From an uncultured Pseudomonadales bacterium (GTDB lineage Bacteria > Patescibacteriota > Microgenomatia > UBA1400 > PJMF01), in the NCBI GenBank assembly GCA_964433225.1, contig CAYSQA010000001.1, positions 55,598-119,597 on the forward strand: a DNA stretch of 64,000 nucleotides, in the 5' to 3' direction. The notes under the pieces were generated by a model. It was given only the letters and a program-made list of their open reading frames with translations, had not been told where the DNA came from and searched no databases. Of this stretch, positions 9,568-18,601 are shown piece by piece. Positions within the stretch are counted from its first letter, which is position 1. Every line of letters starts with the position of its first letter. Both the position numbers and the translations under genes were made by a program.

Positions 9568-10128
9568 TTAAATAAGTCTTTCTGCTTTTTTAATTAATCT
9601 CATCAAAGCATAATCTAGTTTATCACCTAATTCATATCCTTCTGAAAAACTAAGAAACTTTAAGTCTTGTGATTCATGTTCTTCTGGCTTGGGCAAGTTT
9701 TCTGCTTGGGTAAAAATCAAATAACGAAAATCCAGGTGCAGATGAGCTGGAACACCATTTTTCTCTGGAATAAGTTGTACTTCTATATCTATCGGAGTAT
9801 CTATATAAAACTCTAAATCAGTTAAACCACTTTCTTCCTCTGCCTCCTTCATTGCTACTTTCGCTAAATTAGTCTCCCCATCTGCGTGCCCACCAAACTG
9901 TAACCATTTATTGAGTTTTTTATGATTGTGTAAAAGTATTTTTTTGGTTTTTGGATTAACCACCAATGCCGAGCCAGTCAAATGAGCCTCTAAACAATCT
10001 CTAATAAAAATATTTTCATGCTTGGTTATCAACTCTTTAATTTTTTTAACGTCAGCTAATTCTCTAGAATCACTAGTTTCAAACCGATTCAATAATTCAA
10101 TTATTTTATTTCTTGGTTGGCTCAACAT
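9568..10128 (-). CDS. NUDIX hydrolase
   Basis: Canonical Nudix box GGHADGETNLAKVAMKEAEEESGL. Confidence 0.85.
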   Translation of the reverse strand: MLSQPRNKIIELLNRFETSDSRELADVKKIKELITKHENIFIRDCLEAHLTGSALVVNPKTKKILLHNHKKLNKWLQFGGHADGETNLAKVAMKEAEEESGLTDLEFYIDTPIDIEVQLIPEKNGVPAHLHLDFRYLIFTQAENLPKPEEHESQDLKFLSFSEGYELGDKLDYALMRLIKKAERLI

Positions 10129-10741
10129 AAGTTCTTAAAAATAATTTTTCTACTTTATCCTTAAGATAATCTAAATCAAAGATATTAGGAATAAACAAAA
10201 CATTGACTGGATATTTATGAACTGCCTGTAAAAAATCATCATGAACAAAGAACCGCTCAAAAGCTTCGTTCGGGCAAAAGAAAGACTCAAACACAGTAGC
10301 ATCTTTACTGAGAGGTGGTCGCTGTTGATTCCTCTGTCTTCTTGCTTCAACCGGTGAATAGATATAAACAAATAACGATGTTTTTTTTAGGTTTTCAGAT
10401 AATTGAGAAAACAAGTGGTGATAAGAAAAATCAACTACGCCTTGTTCATCAAAACCTCTGGAAATTTCTATTACTTTGTTTTTATCTGAAAGTTGAGCTT
10501 TTTCAACCAGCTGAGCTACAGAATAATAAACTGGCTCTGAATCTTTCAAGACAAAACTATCTGGGGTCGGTTTGTGGTGATGTTTTTGTTCAACATCACG
10601 TTTAATAAACTCAACCATTTCCAATGAATCATTCAAGTAATTTACCTTTTTGCCCAAAGATTGATTGACCAACCTTAAAACAGTTGTTTTTCCGGAAGCG
10701 GCTAACCCGCAAAACCAAATATTTTGATAGGCATCAAACAT
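10106..10741 (-). CDS. P-loop NTPase / putative kinase of unknown specificity
   Basis: Walker A GLAASGKTT near the N-terminus. 23-nt overlap with the downstream NUDIX gene. Confidence 0.55.
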   Translation of the reverse strand: MFDAYQNIWFCGLAASGKTTVLRLVNQSLGKKVNYLNDSLEMVEFIKRDVEQKHHHKPTPDSFVLKDSEPVYYSVAQLVEKAQLSDKNKVIEISRGFDEQGVVDFSYHHLFSQLSENLKKTSLFVYIYSPVEARRQRNQQRPPLSKDATVFESFFCPNEAFERFFVHDDFLQAVHKYPVNVLFIPNIFDLDYLKDKVEKLFLRTYVEPTKK

Positions 10742-10746
10742 TTTTT

Positions 10747-11478
10747 CTATTGGCCAAGATACTGCCCTCCTGTTGCATTGATAATCGAACCTGTCAAAAA
10801 GCCAGATTGCTTATCATCAGCCAGAAAAGCCACAATTTGAGCTATTTCTGCAGGGGCAGCGATTCTCCCAATAGGAGTATTTGAAGCAATTTTATTTCTA
10901 GTTTCCTCATCCCAATCAGCGGTCATGGGTGTATCCATGGCTCCTGGGTAAATGGCGTTACAACGAAGATTGGGCCCAACTTGTAAAGCAACTGCTTTGG
11001 TTAAACCCAATAAACCAGCCTTTGATGCAGCATAGCCAGGTTTTTTGGTTCCAATTACGCCAACCATTGAAGAGATATTAACAATTGAGCCTTTAATATT
11101 GAACTCTGCTGAGTTTTGAGCAAACAGCTGACTCAAGACAAAAGGAGCTGTCAAGTTAATATTCATCATTAAATTCCAGTGATCCAAAGTACCATCAACT
11201 AGTTTTCCACCAATACTTAAACCAGCATTATTAACCAATACAGTCCAGTTTTTATTGGGTAAAAATTTGGCCAAAGAATTTTTTATTGTTTCTGGTTTAG
11301 AAAAATCAACTCCACCAATTGCTAGTTCTAAATTATCTTTCAATTCAGCTAGATTCTGTTTAAGAGCTTCTGTTTCTAATAAATCAACCGCAACAATTTT
11401 GAAACCTTTTTCAACCAAAGCTTTACAAACCTCTTTACCCAAACCACCTGATGCCCCAGTAACTAAAGCTAATTTCAT
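10747..11478 (-). CDS. short-chain dehydrogenase/reductase (FabG-like)
   Basis: TGASGGLGKEV Rossmann motif, NNAG, YxxxK (YAASKAG). Confidence 0.85.
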   Translation of the reverse strand: MKLALVTGASGGLGKEVCKALVEKGFKIVAVDLLETEALKQNLAELKDNLELAIGGVDFSKPETIKNSLAKFLPNKNWTVLVNNAGLSIGGKLVDGTLDHWNLMMNINLTAPFVLSQLFAQNSAEFNIKGSIVNISSMVGVIGTKKPGYAASKAGLLGLTKAVALQVGPNLRCNAIYPGAMDTPMTADWDEETRNKIASNTPIGRIAAPAEIAQIVAFLADDKQSGFLTGSIINATGGQYLGQ

Positions 11479-12512
11479 TATTCAAATCTCCTTTCATAAG
11501 CCATATCAATCACTCTCATGATTCTCATGTTGTGACTAATATTCTGTGACCAAATTGATTTATCATTGGCTAAAAACTGCTCAAAAGCCTTGACAACAGC
11601 ATCAGTCCCGTCACTAGCAAAACTGTAGTGGTTTAATTCTTTCCCTTGAACATCATAAACCGTTAAATCTGACTTAGTTACTATAAACCTACCCTTAGTC
11701 CCCCTAACTTCAATTGATTCTTCTTTAGGACCGCTTAGCACTGCCAATTGAAAAACCCCTTGAACGCCAGTGGGATGCCAGTTGTGTAAGCTAGCAGCAT
11801 CTTCAACCTCATAAGTGTAATTTGGTTTGGCAACATTTGACCAATGGAGATTGGCCTCACTCACTTCACCAAAATATCTCATAATTACGTCAAGTAAGTG
11901 GTAACCCATATCAATTAATGCGCCGCCACCAGCAGCCTGAATAGCACTTCTCCAACCCTCATAAAGATTGCCATGAGGAATAAAATGACGAGCATTATAC
12001 ATATAAGGAGTGCCAATCACCCCCTCGTGCAATAATTGTAAACCCATGGCATATGATGGATAGAACTGTCTTTTGGTGACAGTGTAAATTTGAACATTCT
12101 CTTTCATCGCCAAAGTGCTAAGTGCTTTAGCTTCTTCTAGATTAAGCGCAAATGGTTTTTCTTTAAAAACAGTCACATTATTGGCTACTGCTAATTCAAT
12201 AATATCCTTGTATAAGAAGTGAGGAACCGACAACACTGCTCCATCAAGCTTAAGCTCTTTTTTACTAACCTCAGCAAATAAATCTTTATAGTCACTATAA
12301 ACTTTAACCTGTTCTGAATGGGGCAATAAATCTTGAGCCAAAGTAATAAATTCTTGACTAATGTCACAAATAGCTGCAATCTCACATTGGTCAGCTAATC
12401 TTAATAAAGCGGGAATAAGCTCACTCCTAGACTGACCTCCAAGGCCAATGATTGCGAGTCTCTTTTTTTTGTTTTCCATTGTTCCCTCCTTCGATATGAT
12501 TAGGAAAACCAT
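11478..12512 (-). CDS. Gfo/Idh/MocA-family NAD(P)-dependent oxidoreductase
   Basis: N-terminal LAIIGLGGQS Rossmann motif. ~340 aa. EKP motif (FKEKP). Confidence 0.75.
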   Translation of the reverse strand: MVFLIISKEGTMENKKKRLAIIGLGGQSRSELIPALLRLADQCEIAAICDISQEFITLAQDLLPHSEQVKVYSDYKDLFAEVSKKELKLDGAVLSVPHFLYKDIIELAVANNVTVFKEKPFALNLEEAKALSTLAMKENVQIYTVTKRQFYPSYAMGLQLLHEGVIGTPYMYNARHFIPHGNLYEGWRSAIQAAGGGALIDMGYHLLDVIMRYFGEVSEANLHWSNVAKPNYTYEVEDAASLHNWHPTGVQGVFQLAVLSGPKEESIEVRGTKGRFIVTKSDLTVYDVQGKELNHYSFASDGTDAVVKAFEQFLANDKSIWSQNISHNMRIMRVIDMAYERRFE

Positions 12513-12600
12513 TATTATATCACGTTATGGGACAAATTTTGTAAAAAAATGTACAAAGTTTATTTAAAAGCCAAACTAAAAGGTGTATAACTGTTGATAT

Positions 12601-13023
12601 ATGCAATGGATGATTTATGCTTTATTGGCTGCTGTTTTTGCTGCTGCTACTTCCATCTTGGCTAAAATTGGGATCAAAGATGTTGACTCCAACCTGGCCA
12701 CAGCGATTAGAACAACAGTGATCTTAGTTTTTACCTGGGGAATTGCTTTTGCCCAAAAATCTACAAGTCAACTGGGATCAATAAATAAAAACTCAATGCT
12801 TTTTTTAATTCTATCTGGAATTGCCACTGGCTTATCCTGGTTATTTTATTTTAGAGCTCTCCAACTAGGACCAGCTAGTAGAGTGGTTCCAATTGATAAG
12901 TTAAGTTTAGTGATTACGATTGTGCTGGCGGCTATTTTTCTCAAAGAAAATTTAACTTTACCAGTAATTATTGGTGCTATCCTTATGACAGCAGGAACAC
13001 TGATTATTGCAACAGCAAAATAA
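12601..13023 (+). CDS. small EamA/DMT-family membrane protein (4 TM)
   Basis: 140 aa, four hydrophobic helices, EamA-like. Confidence 0.6.
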   Translation: MQWMIYALLAAVFAAATSILAKIGIKDVDSNLATAIRTTVILVFTWGIAFAQKSTSQLGSINKNSMLFLILSGIATGLSWLFYFRALQLGPASRVVPIDKLSLVITIVLAAIFLKENLTLPVIIGAILMTAGTLIIATAK

Positions 13024-13056
13024 ACCTAGTATTTAACTAAGAAAGAAAGGACTTTC

Positions 13057-13443
13057 ATGACTGGATATTATGCGCCTATAGAAAAAGAGACTTTGACAAA
13101 TGAAAATTTTCGTCAAGTTTTATTTACTGGTAAAAACATGCAATTGGTTTTAATGACTCTTCAGCCACAAGAAGAAATTGGTTTGGAAACCCATGATGGT
13201 CACGACCAATTTTTCCGTTTCGAAGCTGGTTTCGGTAAAGTGGTAATTAATGATAATGAATATGAAGTTAAAGATGGAGATGCTGTTATCGTTCCAGCAG
13301 GAGCACAGCACAATGTGATTAATACCTCAGTAACAGAAACTTTAAAACTTTATACCATCTATGCTCCACCAGAACATGCCGATGGTACTGTTCATCTTAC
13401 TAGGGCTGATGCCCTGGCTGATGATGAGCACTATGATGGTTAA
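13057..13443 (+). CDS. cupin-domain protein
   Basis: Cupin motifs (ETHDGHDQFF ... GDAVIVPAGAQHNVIN). Confidence 0.65.
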   Translation: MTGYYAPIEKETLTNENFRQVLFTGKNMQLVLMTLQPQEEIGLETHDGHDQFFRFEAGFGKVVINDNEYEVKDGDAVIVPAGAQHNVINTSVTETLKLYTIYAPPEHADGTVHLTRADALADDEHYDG

Positions 13444-13529
13444 ATTTAACCTAAAATAACCTAGCTTTATCTTGTAACTAGTGGTTTTTTATTAATGAAG
13501 AAAGTTATTTTTCAGGTACAATTGGCTTC

Positions 13530-14915
13530 GTGGCAAAACCCACTTCACAGCCAACTATCTTGATTTTAGGTTCTGGACCAACTGGCTTAGGTGCAGCTTA
13601 TAGACTCCAAGAGTTGGGTTATGAAAACTTTTTAGTTTTAGAAAAAAATAATTTTGTTGGTGGTTTGGCAACTTCATTTGTTGATGATAAAGGATTTACC
13701 TGGGATATTGGTGGCCATGTAGTTCACTCTCACTACCAATATTTTGACCAAGTTTTTGCTAAACATGTATTAAAAAAAGCTAACACGCTTCAACGTGAAG
13801 CTTGGGTCTGGTTGTACAACACTTTTGTTCCCTACCCCTTTCAATATAACCTTCACTATTTACCCAAAAAAATTCAAGAGGAATGTGTTGCAGAATTAAA
13901 AAAAATAAAAACTAAACACAAACCAAAAAACTTTCTGGAATGGATCAATCATAACTTTGGTCTAGGTATTGCCAAACACTTTATGATTCCTCAAAATCTT
14001 AAAACCTGGGGTTATGATCTAAAAACCATTAATGCCGATTGGGTTGGAGATCGCGTTGCTACTGTTGATCTAGCTAGAACTTTAAAAAATATTGCCAACA
14101 AAAAAGATGATGTTTCCTGGGGACCAAATAATGTTTTCCATTTCCCCAAAAAAGGAGGCACAAGTTACATCTGGCAACAAATTGCCAAAACTATTCCCAA
14201 AGCAAAAATTAAACTAGGCAAACAAGTTACTAAGGTAGACTACAAAGAAAAGGTAGTTACCACCCAAGATGGTAAAACTTATAACTATGATTTTTTGATC
14301 TCTTCATTACCTGTAACTAAACTTTTAGAAATTGCTGCTCACCCATTAACTAAAACAGCTAAAGATAATCTTTTTTCTTCAACTGTCCATATTGTTGGGC
14401 TTGGACTAAAAGGTAAAACACCTGAAAAGCTCAAAACAAAATGCTGGATGTACTTCCCTGAAAAAGATATTCCTTTTTTTAGAGCTACAGTTTTTTCCAA
14501 CTATTCAAAAAACAATGTGCCAAATTATAAAACTCAATGGTCACTAATGTGTGAAGTTGCTCAAACTCCTCAGACTGATTTTCAAAATCAGCAACAAGTA
14601 ATTACTGAAGTAGTTAAAGGAGCAATCAAAGCCAAACTGATCAAGAACCAACAACAAATCATTCACTCATGGAGCCACTCTGAACAGCTTGGCTATCCCA
14701 CCCCAACTATTTCTAGAAATAAAGTCATTGACAAAATCTTGAAAAATTTACTTAAGGAAAAAATCTACTCAAGAGGCAGGTTTGGGGCTTGGAAATATGA
14801 AGTTTCCAATATGGATCATACTTTTATGCAAGGCGTAGAAGCGGTTGATCATATTCTTTACCAAAAACCAGAAACCACAGTTTGGCAACCAAATAAAGTC
14901 AATCAAAAAAAATAG
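13530..14915 (+). CDS. FAD/NAD(P)-binding oxidoreductase (amine-oxidase / UDP-galactopyranose-mutase-like fold)
   Basis: GTG start. ILILGSGPTGLGAAYRL dinucleotide-binding motif. 461 aa. Adjacent to glycosyltransferase genes. Confidence 0.55.
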   Translation: MAKPTSQPTILILGSGPTGLGAAYRLQELGYENFLVLEKNNFVGGLATSFVDDKGFTWDIGGHVVHSHYQYFDQVFAKHVLKKANTLQREAWVWLYNTFVPYPFQYNLHYLPKKIQEECVAELKKIKTKHKPKNFLEWINHNFGLGIAKHFMIPQNLKTWGYDLKTINADWVGDRVATVDLARTLKNIANKKDDVSWGPNNVFHFPKKGGTSYIWQQIAKTIPKAKIKLGKQVTKVDYKEKVVTTQDGKTYNYDFLISSLPVTKLLEIAAHPLTKTAKDNLFSSTVHIVGLGLKGKTPEKLKTKCWMYFPEKDIPFFRATVFSNYSKNNVPNYKTQWSLMCEVAQTPQTDFQNQQQVITEVVKGAIKAKLIKNQQQIIHSWSHSEQLGYPTPTISRNKVIDKILKNLLKEKIYSRGRFGAWKYEVSNMDHTFMQGVEAVDHILYQKPETTVWQPNKVNQKK

Positions 14916-14919
14916 TTTT

Positions 14920-16029
14920 TCAAACTTGCAATGCTTGTTTGATTTCTGCCACTAACAACTCTTTTGAATTAAAATTGCTCGTTTTCATTTTTTGTAAACT
15001 CTTTTTATAAATAAGCAATAAACTAGGGTCTTCAATAAATTCTTCTAATCTTGCCCAAGCTTTTTCTAACTTGTTTTCAACCAAACCCAAGTGATAATTA
15101 ATTATTAGCTCTTGATTGCCTTTTTCTTGAGCTCCCCCATAGTTAATCGCCATAAAAGGCGTTAATGTCGCAGTGGCTTCAAACAAAGTATTTGGTCCTG
15201 ACTTACCAATCACTAAATCAGCAGCTTTCATATATCTATCCATTTCATCAGTAAAACCAAGTACTTTAAAGGTTAAGTTTTTGTTTTTAAGAAACGAACT
15301 TCTAAAACCATTAGCTACATCTTTCAAAAATTCATTACTACCACAAATCATTACTACTTGAAGTGGTTTTTTAATAGTCAAAAATTTAGGTAAAAATTGA
15401 GCTGGTCCAACATTTCCCAAAGATCCAGAGCTCAATAAAAATAAAGGTATATCTGAATTAAAACCCAATTCTTTTTTTAACTCACGTTGCTGGTAAGCCT
15501 GTTCAAAAGTAGGTTTGACAAACCACCCAACTACTTTAGTTTTAGCCTGTGGATATATTTGAACTATTTTTTCAGCCTGCCAACGATCAAAAACAAAGTT
15601 AACATCAGCCTGTGGTGAAGGATTCATCAAAATCATCGTTCTAGGATCAGTAATCAAGTTAATAAAATAGAAATTATATTTCTTTTTGAGCCTTTCAATT
15701 GCTGGATTAAGTAAATAAAAAGTTGAAATTACTACTTTTGGTTGGTATGTTTTGAGTTGTTTTTCCACCAAAGCTGCAAAAAACCAACCAGTTATAAATC
15801 TGGAAAATTCCAACACATATTTATTTGCTACAGGTTTGGATAACAATCTCATTAACCTAGGAGCATAACGATGTAGTGACACATGAAGACTAAAATCTGG
15901 AAAATACTTAAAAAGTTTAACAGTAAACTTGGTCTTGGTAGTGATTGTTTCTGCCACAACCCTGGCCAAAGACTCGTGACCTTGGCCAGTGGTAAAAATT
16001 AATATGTCAGTATTTTTCATCAAACTCAC
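14920..16029 (-). CDS. glycosyltransferase, GT28 / MGDG-synthase (UgtP/MurG-like) family
   Basis: N-terminal ILIFTTGQGHESLA and C-terminal GT-B nucleotide-sugar binding region (VIGKSGPNTLFEATA). Confidence 0.6.
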   Translation of the reverse strand: MSLMKNTDILIFTTGQGHESLARVVAETITTKTKFTVKLFKYFPDFSLHVSLHRYAPRLMRLLSKPVANKYVLEFSRFITGWFFAALVEKQLKTYQPKVVISTFYLLNPAIERLKKKYNFYFINLITDPRTMILMNPSPQADVNFVFDRWQAEKIVQIYPQAKTKVVGWFVKPTFEQAYQQRELKKELGFNSDIPLFLLSSGSLGNVGPAQFLPKFLTIKKPLQVVMICGSNEFLKDVANGFRSSFLKNKNLTFKVLGFTDEMDRYMKAADLVIGKSGPNTLFEATATLTPFMAINYGGAQEKGNQELIINYHLGLVENKLEKAWARLEEFIEDPSLLLIYKKSLQKMKTSNFNSKELLVAEIKQALQV

Positions 16030-16061
16030 AGATTTTATTCTAGCAGGTTATAATTCTCCTC

Positions 16062-17177
16062 ATGAGTTCAAAAACAACGCTAACAAAAACTAAAATCTTG
16101 GGCAAAGAATACCAGTTCCCGATTTATTTACCTGATGCCACTTTAGGCGTAGTCAGAGGTTTAGATAGTAAAACCGTTACCAAAACTGGAATTAAGGGCG
16201 TGGTTATTAACACTTATCACTTAATGACTAACCCCGGTACAGAAGTTTTGGACCAAGTTGGCGGCATTAAAAACTTTATGAATTGGTCTGGCTTAACTGC
16301 TTCTGATTCTGGTGGTTTTCAACTATTTTCTTTGATTCACAAAAACCCCAAACTAGGCAAAATTACTGACGATGGTGTCGTACTTTATACTGGTGAAAAA
16401 CAACAAAAAAAAACTTTGTTTACACCAGAAGATTCAATCCGAGTTCAATTCTCGATTCAAAGTGACATTATGATTTGCTTAGATGATTTTTCACCGATTG
16501 ATGCTTCAACGAAAAGACTCCGTGAAAGTGTTGATCGGACTGTTGCTTGGGCAAAGCGTTGTAAAGCAGAATTCACCAAACAATGCCAACAACATGGCTA
16601 TAATGATGAAAATAGACCATTACTACTTGGAGTGGTTCAAGGTCATAATAATCATAAATTGAGAAAAGAATGTGCTCAAAAATTAGAGGCTATTGGTCTT
16701 GATGGCTATGGTCTAGGTGGCTGGCCTTTTAAGACTGATGGCTCTTTTGACTATGACATGTGTCAAACCACTGCTGATGTCACACCCAACGACAAAATCA
16801 GATTTGCTTTGGGAATTGGTAGCCCAGAAAACATCGTGAAACTCTATCAAATGGGCTACAACATTTTCGACTGTGTCCTCCCTACCAGAGATGCTAGACA
16901 TCAAAGACTCTATGTTTTTACCAAAAATCCAGCAATAATCGACTTTGACCAAGCTGAAAATTGGTATGACTATTTGTACATTGGTCGTGGGTCGTTTAAG
17001 CAAGACACTAAGCCTATTGACCAGCACTGTGACTGTCATACTTGTCAAAACTACTCTAGATCATACTTAAACCACCTATTCAAAGTTAAGGACAACTTAG
17101 CGTTCTATTTGGCTACCATTCACAACCTTCGCTTTTATGCCAGATTGATGGAACTATTAAAAAACTTGTCAGTTTAG
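16062..17177 (+). CDS. tgt: queuine/preQ1 tRNA-ribosyltransferase
   Basis: TIM-barrel Tgt motifs (DSGGFQ) and C-terminal zinc site CDCHTCQNYSRSYLNHL. TATAAT hexamer ends 8 nt before the ATG, so possibly leaderless. Confidence 0.88.
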   Translation: MSSKTTLTKTKILGKEYQFPIYLPDATLGVVRGLDSKTVTKTGIKGVVINTYHLMTNPGTEVLDQVGGIKNFMNWSGLTASDSGGFQLFSLIHKNPKLGKITDDGVVLYTGEKQQKKTLFTPEDSIRVQFSIQSDIMICLDDFSPIDASTKRLRESVDRTVAWAKRCKAEFTKQCQQHGYNDENRPLLLGVVQGHNNHKLRKECAQKLEAIGLDGYGLGGWPFKTDGSFDYDMCQTTADVTPNDKIRFALGIGSPENIVKLYQMGYNIFDCVLPTRDARHQRLYVFTKNPAIIDFDQAENWYDYLYIGRGSFKQDTKPIDQHCDCHTCQNYSRSYLNHLFKVKDNLAFYLATIHNLRFYARLMELLKNLSV

Positions 17178-17195
17178 TTAGTTAAACTTGGTTTA

Positions 17196-17837
17196 GTGAA
17201 ACCAAAACTAAGAGAGAAGCTTGAACTTTTTGGAGCAAGAAACCTAACTAATAACGAACTTCTAACTATTTTATTAAGCACTGGTAACAAACAACTCTCA
17301 GCTAATCAAACTGCGCAGACATTGTTGAAAAAATTTCCGCTTAAAAAGTTACAACTTCTCAAACCGAGTGAACTAGCTAAAAATCAAGGAGTTGGAATAG
17401 CTAAAGCCAGCCAAATTATTTCAGCTATTGAGTTGGGCAGAAGAAATGCCCTCCCCGTTACAGATAAAATTACTTCACCGGCTACAGCTTTGCCTTACCT
17501 AAATAAACTTAGAAATAAACAAAAAGAATGGGCTATTTGCTTATACCTCAATGCTCTTTCCGAGTTAATTCATAGTGAAATGATTGCTTTGGGTGGCTTA
17601 AATTATTTGCTGCTAGAACCAAAAGATCTTCTTTATCCTGCCATTACTCTGCCTGCTGCTAGCTTTATTTTGGCTCATAATCACCCTTCAGGCAGTACCG
17701 AACCAAGCTTAGCTGACAAAAAAACCACACAAAAAATTAGTCAGGTTTGTCAGTTGTTGGGGGTTAATTTTTTGGATCACTTAATCATTACCAAAAAGGC
17801 CCACTTCTCTTTTAAAGAAGCAGGCCTAATGAAATGA
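17196..17837 (+). CDS. radC: RadC-like JAMM-family protein
   Basis: GTG start. N-terminal HhH region (RNLTNNELLTILLSTG). JAMM motif AHNHPSG. C-terminal zinc-binding S...D. Confidence 0.85.
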   Translation: MKPKLREKLELFGARNLTNNELLTILLSTGNKQLSANQTAQTLLKKFPLKKLQLLKPSELAKNQGVGIAKASQIISAIELGRRNALPVTDKITSPATALPYLNKLRNKQKEWAICLYLNALSELIHSEMIALGGLNYLLLEPKDLLYPAITLPAASFILAHNHPSGSTEPSLADKKTTQKISQVCQLLGVNFLDHLIITKKAHFSFKEAGLMK

Positions 17838-17843
17838 TAAATT

Positions 17844-18590
17844 TTATTTTTTAACCTGTTTACTAAATGAGTCAAAGGCTTTTAAAACCTCGACCGGTAA
17901 AGCAAAAATAACTGTGTTTGATTGATCAGAAGAAATATCATTGATTGAGTTAAGCGTTCTCAAGTGTAAAGCTCCAGGGCTTGAGCTCATCAGCTCTGCT
18001 GCTTTTTTAAGGTTACCAGCTGCAACAACTTCTCCTTCAGAATTAATAATGGTAGCTCTTTTTTCTCTCTCTGCTTCAGCTTGTTTTGCCATGGTTCGCA
18101 CCATTGTTTCTGGTAACTCAATATCCTTTAGTTCAACTGTTTCTACCTCTATTCCCCACTTATCAGTGACTGGGTCAATTGTTTCTAAAATTTCTTTGGC
18201 GATTTTTTCCCGGTTAGAGAGTAGCTCATCTAAGGTAACTTCACCAGCAATTCTTCTCATGGTAGTTTGAGCCAACTGAGAGACAGCCCAAAAAACATTC
18301 TCTACCTCATTAATGGCTTTACCAGCATCAGCTACTTTGTAGTAAATCACCGCATTCATTTTGCAAGAAACATTATCTTTGGTAATCGTTTCTTGTTTGG
18401 GTACATCAACAGCTTTAGTACGAATATCGACTTTTCTAAAACTTTGAAAAACAGGTAAGATAAAGACCCAACCTGGACCAACTACACCAGAAAACTTACC
18501 CATGGTATAAACTACCCCCCGTTCATACTGGTTGATTTGCTTCAAAGAAACTAAAAACAAAATAATAATAAAAATAATTAATCCAGACAT
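17844..18590 (-). CDS. SPFH/band-7 (stomatin/prohibitin-like) membrane protein
   Basis: N-terminal TM, then the YERGVVYTMGKF...GPGWVFILP band-7 signature. Confidence 0.85.
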   Translation of the reverse strand: MSGLIIFIIILFLVSLKQINQYERGVVYTMGKFSGVVGPGWVFILPVFQSFRKVDIRTKAVDVPKQETITKDNVSCKMNAVIYYKVADAGKAINEVENVFWAVSQLAQTTMRRIAGEVTLDELLSNREKIAKEILETIDPVTDKWGIEVETVELKDIELPETMVRTMAKQAEAEREKRATIINSEGEVVAAGNLKKAAELMSSSPGALHLRTLNSINDISSDQSNTVIFALPVEVLKAFDSFSKQVKK

Positions 18591-18601
18591 TTGTCCTTTC
18601 T

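Noticed and set aside
16062-17177. Considered Tgt as a DpdA-like DNA-modifying paralogue because of the orphan QueC in the window
   Set aside because: The protein has a full-length canonical bacterial Tgt architecture including the C-terminal CxCxxC..H zinc site. It is 38 kb from the QueC-like gene, with unrelated neighbours (a glycosyltransferase and radC). Called as ordinary tRNA Tgt.
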